Of a stretch of 64,000 nt of DNA, positions 49,374-59,419 are shown in pieces. The notes under the pieces were generated by a model. That model did not search any database. It was not told where the DNA came from and saw nothing but the letters and a program-made list of their open reading frames with translations. The DNA comes from an uncultured Eubacteriales bacterium (GTDB taxonomy: Bacteria > Acidobacteriota > Aminicenantia > Aminicenantales > Aminicenantaceae). The stretch lies in NCBI GenBank assembly GCA_964584935.1, contig CAZPBN010000012.1, positions 17,094 through 81,093 of the forward strand. Reading direction: 5' to 3'. Position numbers and translations under genes: made by a program. Positions within the stretch are counted from its first letter, which is position 1; each line of letters starts with the position of its first letter.

Positions 49374-49385
49374 AGCGGCTCCTCG

Positions 49386-50066
49386 CTATTTTGTAATGAG
49401 GTGTCTTTGTTGAAATTTTTTTCCTTCCAGGATGTCACGAAAAAGCCTGATTTTTATCTTTCGCATAAGTTCATAGAAGGCAAAATATGATGTTTGATTG
49501 GGATTCTTGTCACTCTTTGATTCTTCAAATTTGTTATTGTAAAGAATCTTTCCAGATTGTGAGTCAATAAAGTAGACGGTTAGAGTCAGTTTGAAAAACT
49601 TTCTTTCTGCCAATCGACTCCTTTCTTCAAAAGGATCTTCAAAACGGCCTCCTTTTAAGTTTTTAATAAACTTTCTGATTTGTTTTTCATACCCAATCTT
49701 ACCCGTAAGAAAAACCGTTTTATCCTGGGGGGAAAGAGATTTCCAAAAAGTTTTGTCTTTGAACACCTCATCTTTTTCAAATTTCAGTTTATCAGAAGAA
49801 ATGTTTCCTTGAAATTGCGATCGGACCTCGGAAATGAAAAAATCCTTGGTTTTGTCATTGAGATCAAACTCTAATTTTTCATCTGGAACAATAAAATCCA
49901 GAACAACAAAATTTTTATATTGATTGATAGAGAAATTTTGTTCACCAGGGACATCGATTTTAATCTTTATATTCTGGGAAGAACAGGAAAGAAATAAAAA
50001 AACCGGAAGAAAAATAATGATGAACTTAATTTTTATCTTTATTTTTTTCATTTTTGTCCGTTTCAA
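49386..50066 (-). CDS. Putative lipoprotein
   Basis: Lipobox FLFLSC at the N-terminus; 226 aa, no known domain. Confidence 0.4.
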   Translation of the reverse strand: MKRTKMKKIKIKIKFIIIFLPVFLFLSCSSQNIKIKIDVPGEQNFSINQYKNFVVLDFIVPDEKLEFDLNDKTKDFFISEVRSQFQGNISSDKLKFEKDEVFKDKTFWKSLSPQDKTVFLTGKIGYEKQIRKFIKNLKGGRFEDPFEERSRLAERKFFKLTLTVYFIDSQSGKILYNNKFEESKSDKNPNQTSYFAFYELMRKIKIRLFRDILEGKKFQQRHLITK

Positions 50067-50400
50067 TGAGTTTTATGAGACGTTCAAAATTAGATTTGAT
50101 TAATTCATTATCCGGATCAAGTTTTAATGCAATTTCATATTCGCCTTTGGCTTTTTCCCATTGTCGTTTTACTTCATAAGCGACAGCCAAATTGTTATGT
50201 GCTGCGGCTGAGTCTGGATTGGATTCTATAATTTTTTTCCAGCGGAAGAGGGCTTCATCCCAGAGATTTTTCTGCGCTGCTTCTACTCCAAATTGAAGTT
50301 GAGATTCATAATAAGAGGAAGCACATGAAATGAAAAGGGACAGGGTAAGAAATAGAAAAATGCAATATAAAAATGCCCTTTGCTTATTCATTTTCATCAT
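50026..50400 (-). CDS. TPR-repeat lipoprotein
   Basis: Lipobox LFISCAS; TPR consensus AAAHNNLAVAYEVKRQWEKAKGEYEIALKLDPDN. Confidence 0.5.
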   Translation of the reverse strand: MMKMNKQRAFLYCIFLFLTLSLFISCASSYYESQLQFGVEAAQKNLWDEALFRWKKIIESNPDSAAAHNNLAVAYEVKRQWEKAKGEYEIALKLDPDNELIKSNFERLIKLIETDKNEKNKDKN

Positions 50401-50620
50401 ACTTAGATTACTTCTTTTTTAATCTGTCGTCAAGCATACAAATTAAATGAAAGCAATTATCATACCAAAAATAAAAAGGAATCGTTAAATCGTTATTGTT
50501 ATATGAAGAAGACAGATGTATAATCAAGAAGTCTAGTAGATTAAAATTTGTTGATTGAATGAATTTATTTTAGAATAACCGGTCTTTACAACTGGAAAAG
50601 AATCCGAACAGGAGGAATAA

Positions 50621-51544
50621 ATGGGTATTTGGATGGAAGGAAAAACCCTGGCTAATGATATAAAACAGGAAATTGAAAAAGAAGTCAGTGACTATCAGGA
50701 ACAAGGACGTGAGGCTCCTTATCTTATAGGTATTCAAGTAGGAGAGAACAAAGCATCGCAGATTTACTTGAAGTCAAAGAAAAGGAATTGCGAAAAAATA
50801 GGGATTAAGTCAGACGTTTTGAATTTTCCTGTCGATATAAAGCCGGATCATTTAAAGAAGGAAATAAGCAGGTTAAATGAAAAAGACGATGTGGATGGAA
50901 TACTTGTTCAGCTACCCTTGCCGCCGGCTTTTAATCAAAACGACATCATCATGTCTCTTTCTCCGGAAAAAGATGTGGACGGATTTCATCCTATTAACCT
51001 GGGGAATTTATTATTGAATCAAGAGGGATTCAAGCCATGTACACCACTTGGAATCATTGAACTGTTGAAATCCAATAAGATAGGAATCGAAGGGAAAAGG
51101 GTCGTTATCATTGGGCGGAGCTTGATTGTGGGAAAACCGCTTGCAGCGATGATGACCAATGAACATGGAACAGTGACTATCTGTCATTCTAGAACAAAAA
51201 ATCTGTCAGAAGTGGCTTCTGATGCTGATATTTTAGTCGCAGCGATAGGACGGACAGCCTTTGTGAATTCAGAATTTGTGAAAGAAGGAGCGACCGTTGT
51301 TGATGTGGGAATAAATTATTTATCAGATAAAGCTAAAATGGAGCAGCTCTTTGGAAAGGATGAAAAAAGAGAGAAGAAGTTGAGCAAAAAGGGATACACA
51401 TTGGTAGGGGATGTTCATCCAGAAGTTATTAAAAAAGCTGAATTCTTGACTCCTGTTCCGGGAGGAGTGGGCCCCTCAACAATAGCCATGCTTATGAAGA
51501 ACACTTTGGAAGCCTTCAAAAAAAGAAGAGGGGGCAAGGCTTAA
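50621..51544 (+). CDS. folD: Bifunctional methylene-THF dehydrogenase / methenyl-THF cyclohydrolase
   Basis: GRSLIVGKPLAAMM, PVPGGVGPSTIAMLM motifs; about 25-aa Lys/Glu-rich insertion near the C-terminus. Confidence 0.9.
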   Translation: MGIWMEGKTLANDIKQEIEKEVSDYQEQGREAPYLIGIQVGENKASQIYLKSKKRNCEKIGIKSDVLNFPVDIKPDHLKKEISRLNEKDDVDGILVQLPLPPAFNQNDIIMSLSPEKDVDGFHPINLGNLLLNQEGFKPCTPLGIIELLKSNKIGIEGKRVVIIGRSLIVGKPLAAMMTNEHGTVTICHSRTKNLSEVASDADILVAAIGRTAFVNSEFVKEGATVVDVGINYLSDKAKMEQLFGKDEKREKKLSKKGYTLVGDVHPEVIKKAEFLTPVPGGVGPSTIAMLMKNTLEAFKKRRGGKA

Positions 51545-51695
51545 AATAAAAATTGGAAGATCCATTTTGAAAGAGAGATTGTAAAATTGTCAATAAATGA
51601 TACATTGAATTTCAAATGAATTGATGGATTTTTCAAAAACTATTGGAATTTATTAGGAAATTATGGTATAAAATCTAGTTTTAGAGAGATGAACA

Positions 51696-51887
51696 ATGGC
51701 TAAAGTTTGTGAAATCTGCGGAAAAGGTCCTGTTTTTGGGCAAACGTTGAGTCATTCTCATAAGGCATCCAAGAAAAAGTGGAAGCCCAACCTGCAAAGA
51801 GCGAAAACTCAAACCAAGTCAGGTGTGAAACAAATATGGGTTTGCACAAGATGCCTCCGGTCCGGGAAAGTCGAAAAAGTTATCTAA
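51696..51887 (+). CDS. rpmB: 50S ribosomal protein L28
   Basis: 63 aa MAKVCEICGKGPVFGQTLSHSHKASKKKWKPNLQ. Confidence 0.85.
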   Translation: MAKVCEICGKGPVFGQTLSHSHKASKKKWKPNLQRAKTQTKSGVKQIWVCTRCLRSGKVEKVI

Positions 51888-51898
51888 AAGAAATATTC

Positions 51899-54052
51899 CT
51901 AAATCCTTTTTACTTTATATATATCTTTGATTCCGGAAATTTTTTTGATTATATTCTTTAGGTGCCGGTAATCCTGGATTGTCATAGAAACTCTTATGCG
52001 GGTTTTGTTATCAGAGAAAGTTGCCACATCTGCTTTGGTGATATTTCCTCCCAATTGAGCGATGACAGCTGTGAGGTTGGCTAAAATACCGGGGATATCT
52101 TTTCCCACGATTATCAGCTTCCCTTTATAGCTTCCCTCTAATGATTGATCCCATGCCACGTCAATCATGCGTTTGCTATCCAGAATCTCTTTGGAGACGA
52201 GAGGACAGCGTAAAGAATGAACGGTCACTCCTTTTCCAGAAGTGATGTAACCAATGATAGGTTCTCCTTTAATGGGAGAGCAGCATTTCGCTAGTTTCAC
52301 CAGAGAGCTCTTCATGTCTTTGACCTGTAAAGGAAGACTTCTTTTCTTGGTCACTTTTTTGACAACTTTTTTTAATTTTGTTCTTTTCTTTTTTTCCTCT
52401 TTTGCAGGGGGCGAAATTTTGTTCATGACCTTTTTATCAAGGACAATTTTTCCAAATCCGATCATTGCATAAAACTCATTCATATTTTTGGGTTTTAGAT
52501 TTGTCGCTTGTTTCAGATGATCGAGAAAATTTTCTTTTTCAAGCCATTCAGGAGGAAGAGAGTGCTGTTTTATTTTCATGCCCCATAATCTTTTTCCAAG
52601 GACGATGTTTTTCTTTTTTTCTTGGAGATTTAGCCAGCGTTTAATGTGATGTCTTGCTTTAGAGGTGAAAGCCATATTTAACCAATTCCTGCTCGGAACT
52701 GTCTCCGAGGAGGTTACGATTTCTACAATATCTCCTGATTTTAATATTGTCTTGAGAGGAACATTTTTCCCATTGATCTTTGTGTGCTTACAGTGAAGCC
52801 CAATTTCTGTATGGATTTTAAAAGCGAAATCTAATACAGAAGATCCTAAAGGAAGAGTTATCACCTGACCTTTAGGTGTGAAGACCGTTACCTCTTCCGG
52901 GATTAAATTGACTTTCAGGTTTTTGAGAAATTCTTTTGGATTTTTTTGCCCCTTGAACAATTCTGCCATCTCTCTAAGCCAATGGAGTCTGGCGTCTTCC
53001 TTTACAATATTGGAAGGATCCGGTTCCTTGTATTTCCAGTGAGCAGATATTCCCTTTTCAGCCAACTCATGCATCTCTTTTGTTCTTATTTGTATTTCTA
53101 TTGTTTGTTTTTTCCCAGTAAGAATGGTTGAGTGAAGGGACTGATAGAGGTTGGTTTTAGGCATTGATATAAGGTCACGGAATCTTTGAGGGATATGAGG
53201 CCAATTCTGATGAATGATTCCGAGGATGGAATAGCAGTTCGCTGGAGTGTCCGTAATGATTCTTAAAGCCATAAAATCATATACCTGCTCAAAATTAACA
53301 CCCCGTTTTTCCATTTTGTTGTAGATGCTGTACGGCCTTTTTATTCGGTAGGAAATTTTTGCTGGAATATGATTCTTGCTCATAAGGTCTTTAAGAATTT
53401 TTCTGATTTTCTTCAATTCCCTTTCTGTTTTTTTGTATATGGGCTCTATGAGAGAGACGATTCTAAAATAATTTTCTGGTAAAACATATCGGAAGGAAAA
53501 ATCTTCAAGTTCAGCTTTAATTCTTCCCATCCCCAGTCTGTTTGCTATGGGAGCATATATCTCCAGAGTTTCTTTGGCGATTGTTTTTTGCTTTTCCTCT
53601 GGCAGGAATTTCAGGGTTTTTAAGTTGTGGATTCTATCGGCAAGTTTTATGAAAATAACCCTTAAATCATCCGTCATGGCGAGAATTATTTTGCGTATGA
53701 TTTCTGCCTGTTTTTTCTCTGGTGAAGAGTCCTGTACAAGGCTGATCTTGGTCACTCCTTCCACTAGTTGAGTTATTTCTTTTCCGAATGCTTTCATAAG
53801 TTCAGATGATGAAGAATCGGTATCTTCCAGAATATCGTGAAGCAAGCCGGCACAAAGAGTGGTTGTGTCTAACTTCATATCAGCAAGCATATTTGTCACT
53901 TCTAAGGGGTGACTTAGATAAGGTTCTCCAGAACGGCGCACTTGCCCTTTATGGGCGTGGGCTGCGAAGACGTAGGCTTTTTGGAGCAACGTGATATCTT
54001 TTTCGCTGTAAAAAGAGGATATTTTATCCAGGATATCATTGAATCTAATCAT
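51899..54052 (-). CDS. rel: Bifunctional (p)ppGpp synthetase/hydrolase RelA/SpoT family
   Basis: 717 aa; HD domain (HDILEDTD), synthetase domain, TGS and ACT-like C-terminal domains. Confidence 0.9.
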   Translation of the reverse strand: MIRFNDILDKISSFYSEKDITLLQKAYVFAAHAHKGQVRRSGEPYLSHPLEVTNMLADMKLDTTTLCAGLLHDILEDTDSSSSELMKAFGKEITQLVEGVTKISLVQDSSPEKKQAEIIRKIILAMTDDLRVIFIKLADRIHNLKTLKFLPEEKQKTIAKETLEIYAPIANRLGMGRIKAELEDFSFRYVLPENYFRIVSLIEPIYKKTERELKKIRKILKDLMSKNHIPAKISYRIKRPYSIYNKMEKRGVNFEQVYDFMALRIITDTPANCYSILGIIHQNWPHIPQRFRDLISMPKTNLYQSLHSTILTGKKQTIEIQIRTKEMHELAEKGISAHWKYKEPDPSNIVKEDARLHWLREMAELFKGQKNPKEFLKNLKVNLIPEEVTVFTPKGQVITLPLGSSVLDFAFKIHTEIGLHCKHTKINGKNVPLKTILKSGDIVEIVTSSETVPSRNWLNMAFTSKARHHIKRWLNLQEKKKNIVLGKRLWGMKIKQHSLPPEWLEKENFLDHLKQATNLKPKNMNEFYAMIGFGKIVLDKKVMNKISPPAKEEKKKRTKLKKVVKKVTKKRSLPLQVKDMKSSLVKLAKCCSPIKGEPIIGYITSGKGVTVHSLRCPLVSKEILDSKRMIDVAWDQSLEGSYKGKLIIVGKDIPGILANLTAVIAQLGGNITKADVATFSDNKTRIRVSMTIQDYRHLKNIIKKISGIKDIYKVKRI

Positions 54053-54064
54053 AACAAATCTTGT

Positions 54065-54637
54065 TCACTTTTCTCTTCTAAGAATCCATTTTATCGCATC
54101 GAGCAAATTTGAGGCAATATATCCTGGTTCAATTCCTTCTTTTTTTAGAATTGGCAAAGATTTTGTTCCGAATCCTGTCAGGACAAGAACAGGGATGGCT
54201 TTGATGTTGAACCCGAATTGGATGTCTTCGACTTTATCTCCAATCATATAAGATTGTTCTAAATCAATATTCAAGTCTAATGATGCTCTTATAGCCATTC
54301 CAGGATTTGGTTTTCTGCATTGACAGTCTTTTTTATATAGAGGAATCTCAGAATGAATATAGTGAGGGCAGTAGTAAATCCCATCAAAAAAAGCACGGTG
54401 CTTTAAGAAGTCTGTTTTCAGTTTATTATGGATTTTATAAAGATTTTCTTCTTTGATTAGCCCCCTTCCTACTCCAGATTGATTGGTCACAATGACAGCT
54501 AATAATCCTTGTTCGTTGATTTTTTTCACAGCTTCAAAGCTGTGAGAATATATTTTTATTTGATCATAGGAGCAAGGATATCCAATATCTTCATTTATAT
54601 TCCCGTCTCTATCAAGAAATACCGCTTTTTTTTTCAT
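54065..54637 (-). CDS. gmhB: D,D-heptose 1,7-bisphosphate phosphatase (HAD family)
   Basis: AVFLDRDGNIN (DxDxT-type motif I), 190 aa, adjacent to the heptosyltransferase. Confidence 0.75.
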   Translation of the reverse strand: MKKKAVFLDRDGNINEDIGYPCSYDQIKIYSHSFEAVKKINEQGLLAVIVTNQSGVGRGLIKEENLYKIHNKLKTDFLKHRAFFDGIYYCPHYIHSEIPLYKKDCQCRKPNPGMAIRASLDLNIDLEQSYMIGDKVEDIQFGFNIKAIPVLVLTGFGTKSLPILKKEGIEPGYIASNLLDAIKWILRREK

Positions 54638-55713
54638 TCAATAAATTCTTTGCTTGCCTGATAAACTTCTTCAGCCTCAATTCGTTCCATACACCGATGG
54701 TCATAGGGACATTCCCTGTAGCTGCAAGGCCAGCAAGCAACATTTTTCTTAATTATTTTTGAGGGTTTCTGAAACGGACCTGTCACCCGGGGATCTGTGG
54801 GACCAAAAATTGATATAACTGGTGTTTTAAGAGCATTTGCCATATGCATGGGTCCGGAATCGTTGGTGATGAACAAAGAAGAATCGCTAATGATCCCGGC
54901 TAGTTGCCTGAGGCTGGTTTTTCCTATCAAGCTTATCGGTTTTTCTGGCACATATGAAATGATGGTTTCTGCTAACCAGGATTCGTTTTTTGATCCTGTG
55001 ATGATTATGGTTGCGTTTTTTCTTTGCTGCAGGAGGGTGGCTGTCTCTGCAAATTTCTTTGCAGGCCATCTTTTAGCAGATCCATAATAAGCCCCTGGGT
55101 TAAGAGTAATGAGGGGCTGTTTGCGATCAACATTCAAAGAGTCAAGGATTTTTTCAGATTCTTTTTTGTCTTCAGCCTTAAGAGGAAGAAACAGTTCTGA
55201 AGGATAAACTTTAAACCCTAATTTCTTTATGAGATCCCTATAATAATCAACCTGATGGATGAAAAGACTTTGGGTTTGGGAAGAAACTCCATTGGTTAAT
55301 AAAATGCTTCGTCCGTCCCGGCTGTATCCCCACCGTTCTGGGATTTTTGCAAGGGAAAAAAGCAGAGCAGAAGCAAATGAATTGGTCATAAGAAGGCCTG
55401 CATCGAACTTGTGTTCTTTTATTTTTTTAACTGAACTCTTCAAATCTTTTAATTTATTGGAAGGGGGGAGAAGAACAAAACCCTCAATGAAATCGAAGGA
55501 CTGGAATAATTCTCTCACCCATTCGTTGGCTGCGATCCATATTTGAGCTCCTGGGAAATTTTTACTCAGGCTTTTGATGGCAGGAACAGAAAGAATAGAG
55601 TCTCCAATCCAGTTAGGGACACGAATAATGATTTTCATGTGTCTCATTTTATTCTTTGCCTCAATAATTGTCAAAACATGCACAATAAGGAGTTCCGCTA
55701 AAAATGGCTTCAT
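54634..55713 (-). CDS. ADP-heptose:LPS heptosyltransferase (GT9)
   Basis: IIRVPNWIGDSILSVPAIKSL N-terminal GT9 signature, 359 aa. Cannot distinguish WaaC from WaaF. Confidence 0.8.
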   Translation of the reverse strand: MKPFLAELLIVHVLTIIEAKNKMRHMKIIIRVPNWIGDSILSVPAIKSLSKNFPGAQIWIAANEWVRELFQSFDFIEGFVLLPPSNKLKDLKSSVKKIKEHKFDAGLLMTNSFASALLFSLAKIPERWGYSRDGRSILLTNGVSSQTQSLFIHQVDYYRDLIKKLGFKVYPSELFLPLKAEDKKESEKILDSLNVDRKQPLITLNPGAYYGSAKRWPAKKFAETATLLQQRKNATIIITGSKNESWLAETIISYVPEKPISLIGKTSLRQLAGIISDSSLFITNDSGPMHMANALKTPVISIFGPTDPRVTGPFQKPSKIIKKNVACWPCSYRECPYDHRCMERIEAEEVYQASKEFIE

Positions 55714-55828
55714 TCCATTTCTAAATTGAAATCACTTCTTGATTTTCGAAAGCCCTCCTGAAGAAGGGATCGATTTTTTAAAAAAACTTTAGATACAAAA
55801 TGAAGATACGGGTGGCGAAGGATGAGCT

Positions 55829-56146
55829 TTACTTGTGGGAAGGCGTTGAAGATTCTTTTTCTTTTTTAATTGAATCCTTTGACTCTTTTTTCTGGTTTTT
55901 GTTGCCGTCTTCTTTTTCCGGTTTGTTTTTACGGGCATAATCAGTGATGTACCAGCCGCTTCCTTTGAATTGTATGGCAGGTGGAGAAATTATTTTTTTT
56001 AATTTGCCTCCACATTCAGGGCATTTTTTCAAAGGGAGATCGGTGGCTTTTTGTAACATTTCAAATGTCTTGTTGCATTTTGTGCATTTGTATTCATATA
56101 TTGGCATTTTGACCTTCTTTGTTATTGCAAAAATATTGACATTCAT
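55829..56146 (-). CDS. FmdB-family zinc-ribbon protein
   Basis: [16 protein letters not shown]...CPECGG; likely start at Met14 (about 56107); Lys/Glu-rich tail. Confidence 0.6.
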   Translation of the reverse strand: MNVNIFAITKKVKMPIYEYKCTKCNKTFEMLQKATDLPLKKCPECGGKLKKIISPPAIQFKGSGWYITDYARKNKPEKEDGNKNQKKESKDSIKKEKESSTPSHK

Positions 56147-56362
56147 TATATCAACAAATTAGGCTGAATGAAACACTTAAATGATGGGAGGATTTTCCCA
56201 CTTTTCTTTCCTGTCAAATGACAATTGAGGAGGAGCTGAGTAACGAATTCATAAAATCCAATGATACCGGAAGAAGGCAGAATTCAGAGGGCTCTAAGAA
56301 GGGAAATAAAGGGGGAGGGGAATTAACTTTGTTTGAAGCTTTAATTCAATTTCGAACAGATT

Positions 56363-57796
56363 TTAGTGGAAGACGTCCGCTTCAAAGATGAATATATTGG
56401 CATCCTTTTTCCAGGCATCGGGCGGCAGCCCTGCTTTCAGGCAAGTCTGTTCTAAAAAGGTTTCTCTTGTCCAGTTGTTTTCGACAGGGACTTGAGGTAA
56501 AAGAAGCCCTCTCTTATCTCCTTGGGAAATAACAAGACCATGTTTTCCCACTCTGATTGTTTCTGGGTTTTTTATCTTTTTGACAGGGGAAAGGACAGAA
56601 ATTTCAATTTCCAGCTCATCCAATTCTGAAGCCGAAACAGGAGGGAATCTTGCATCTTTACATGCCGCATAAATAGCTGCCTGCAGGACTGTTTCGTAAA
56701 GAGGGGAAATAGGCTCAATAAATCCGATGCATCCTCTAAGGAGTCCATTTTTTTTTATAGTAACAAACGCTCCTCTTTTTTTTGCGAGATGAGTATTTTG
56801 AGGGTCATAATCAAGAACTGTTTTATTCTTGACATATTCATCGATGGCATGGCTAGCTAAATTTATCAGTTCCTTTTTTTCTTTTTTGGAAAGAAGGTTG
56901 CTGGGGATGCTCTTATTTTTAGTGATTGCTGCCGCAAAATAACCAACGACCTTGTCTTTTGTGCCTCCAAATTGAGAAGAGTCAGCGTAATGAAGGGTAT
57001 GAACTTTGAATTCTCCTTTTTGTTGAAGGTGAATGAGGGTGGAAAGAACAGGTCCTCCTCCGCACATAATATTTTCTCTATTGAGGACTTTGTTCAAAAG
57101 GGACTTAATTTTTATGTTTTCAATAAGAGAGATGGTTTCTAGGTCTTGTTTGTTTGCCTGTTTCTTAGGGTAAAAATGGGACATGTCTGTGGAAGCAATG
57201 ATCAATACCTTTTTTCCTTTCAGGGCTTTTGTTAATGCGAAAGCCAAAGTATTTATGACCTTTTCTGAAGGAACCCCCATTATAATAGGAACAATGTTCG
57301 CATGAGGAAGAATTTTTTGAATAAAGGGAATTTGAACTTCAATGCAATGCTCTTTCTGGTGGGCTTTGGGAATATAATTGAATCCGGAAGCAAGAGAAAA
57401 CTCCTCAGCCATTTGAGAGTCAATGTTCACAATTCCGAGAGGGGATTGATATCCTCCCTTTGGATAGATTGAGCATCCATGGAATCCATAATGGTGGGAA
57501 GGACCAATGATGACAACCGTTTCGTAATTTTTCCCCTGGACTGTTTTATAGGCAGAGGCAGCGACCATACCTGAATATTGATGTCCTGCATGAGGGATGA
57601 TGAGTGCGGATATATCTTCTAAAGAAGAGGACGGCTGTTTGGCTCTTTTAAGGAACTGGTCAATCTGTTCGGAAAGGGATTCAGCATCTGCGTCATAGAA
57701 CTTTCCTGCCCAGACAGGTTTTCGAATGCCCTGGGAAAACGCGAATTGACTCAGGAACACAAATGCAAATAAGATGACTATAGCTTTTTTTATCAT
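56363..57796 (-). CDS. Fusion of Memo-like (AmmeMemoRadiSam protein B) and AMMECR1 (protein A) domains with N-terminal signal peptide
   Basis: Signal/anchor MIKKAIVILFAFVFLSQFAFSQ; Memo motifs WAGKFY...IIPHAGHQYSG; AMMECR1 motif RGAFVTIKKNGLLRGCIGFIEP. Confidence 0.7.
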   Translation of the reverse strand: MIKKAIVILFAFVFLSQFAFSQGIRKPVWAGKFYDADAESLSEQIDQFLKRAKQPSSSLEDISALIIPHAGHQYSGMVAASAYKTVQGKNYETVVIIGPSHHYGFHGCSIYPKGGYQSPLGIVNIDSQMAEEFSLASGFNYIPKAHQKEHCIEVQIPFIQKILPHANIVPIIMGVPSEKVINTLAFALTKALKGKKVLIIASTDMSHFYPKKQANKQDLETISLIENIKIKSLLNKVLNRENIMCGGGPVLSTLIHLQQKGEFKVHTLHYADSSQFGGTKDKVVGYFAAAITKNKSIPSNLLSKKEKKELINLASHAIDEYVKNKTVLDYDPQNTHLAKKRGAFVTIKKNGLLRGCIGFIEPISPLYETVLQAAIYAACKDARFPPVSASELDELEIEISVLSPVKKIKNPETIRVGKHGLVISQGDKRGLLLPQVPVENNWTRETFLEQTCLKAGLPPDAWKKDANIFIFEADVFH

Positions 57797-57934
57797 GTCA
57801 CTCCACCTTCTTTAATTTTACCAGATAATAAAGACAAAGGTCTAGGGAGAAATTGAGAATAATCTTATTCCTGTTGGAACAGATATAAACTTGACAAAAT
57901 CGAAAAGCTTTCCTTTAATGACAATGGTGTTGTT

Positions 57935-58930
57935 ATGAAGGGCGAAGAAATATTTGAGAAATTGAATCTAAAGAAAGAAGACTTTGATGATTTGCATATC
58001 ACCAGGAATTTTTCTTCATTTGTTGCCGTGTCTCACGGTGAAATCATTCAAATGACAGATCCAATATTAACCCATTGTCCTTTATTTTCCAGGCTGTACA
58101 AAGGGAATCCGGGAGAAAAGAAAAAGGAAATTAGGAAAAGTATAAAAATGGCAGTGGAAAGTAAAATAAAAGAGTTTGGATCATTTACGGAAATACGAAA
58201 ACTTAAGCAGACTAAAATAGCTGTTCCCTATGGGGCATCAGAAATGATGATGTATGCGATTCGAAAAGGCTTTATAGAGGCAGCTCTTTCTGTGTGTGAT
58301 GGAGCCGGAAGCGTGATAACAGATTATCCGGCTTTAGTTCAGGGAATCGGAGCCCGAATGAATGGTCTGTTCTATACCACTCCTGTGAAGAAAATTATCG
58401 ATACCATTAGGAAAAACAGAGGGATTGTGGTCTTTCCAGACAACGCGGAGATTAACCAGGTTTTGGCTTTAGAGCATGCTGCTAGGCAGGGATATAAAAG
58501 AATAGCGGTTACAATCAATGGTTTTACAGATGAAGACATATCAGAAATCAAACCGATTGAAGGAAAGTACGGGATAAAAACTGTTGTGATAGTGGTTTGT
58601 ACAACGGATATATTAAAAGCGAGGACAGAACATATTGCCCGTTATGCGGATGTTGTCTGGTCATGTGCCTCTAGGAATGTGAGGGAAATCATTGGTTCAA
58701 GATCGATTCTTCAGATCACAACTGGAATTCCGGTGTTTGTTTTAACGCCCAGAGGGATGGAATTTGTTTCATCTTATAGCAATCAACCACAGGTGTTTCG
58801 TGAATTAGACCTGAATCGCCAATACTTGATCTCAGGGTATGTGAGAGGGCGACAGATTAAAATGGGACATATGTCCACGTATCTTACTGAATCCCGGCTT
58901 CCCATTCGAAGCAATAAAGAACCAAAATAA
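57935..58930 (+). CDS. Conserved hypothetical protein
   Basis: 331 aa, alpha/beta-like pattern, no recognisable motif (no CxxxCxxC); divergent from the Memo-AMMECR1 gene. Confidence 0.4.
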   Translation: MKGEEIFEKLNLKKEDFDDLHITRNFSSFVAVSHGEIIQMTDPILTHCPLFSRLYKGNPGEKKKEIRKSIKMAVESKIKEFGSFTEIRKLKQTKIAVPYGASEMMMYAIRKGFIEAALSVCDGAGSVITDYPALVQGIGARMNGLFYTTPVKKIIDTIRKNRGIVVFPDNAEINQVLALEHAARQGYKRIAVTINGFTDEDISEIKPIEGKYGIKTVVIVVCTTDILKARTEHIARYADVVWSCASRNVREIIGSRSILQITTGIPVFVLTPRGMEFVSSYSNQPQVFRELDLNRQYLISGYVRGRQIKMGHMSTYLTESRLPIRSNKEPK

Positions 58931-59419
58931 GGATTATTATGGCAAACATTTGTATAGGGCATCAAATTATGACGTTTTTATTGACTTTTTTCCTGTTTTA
59001 GATTAAAAATATAAATGGAAGGTTCAGATGAAAAAGATACTTAAGCCTCTTTTTACTATATTAATTTTTGGATCCGCTTTTTTTATTGGATACTACTTAG
59101 GTGAAGAAAAATTAAAAACCAAGATACCTGATTTTCAAGAAGATGAACGTTAGGTAAAGAGATTTTCTGATTCATTAAAAGGGGGAATTTTCTATTTTTT
59201 TTTCATATTGGGGATTTTTTTACAAAAGCTTCCCCAAAAATTACTTTAGAATCTGTATAAATTATTACTAATCAATAAGTTAGTTAAATTTTAAAGTGAA
59301 AAACTAATTTTTTGGGGCCCCCTTGACAGCTCTCCCCCCATCATGAAGCTTCCCCCCTCATTTTTAAATTTCTCTTTAAACCTTAAGACATCGTTTATAA
59401 GAGAATTTGTTCTCTAAAA

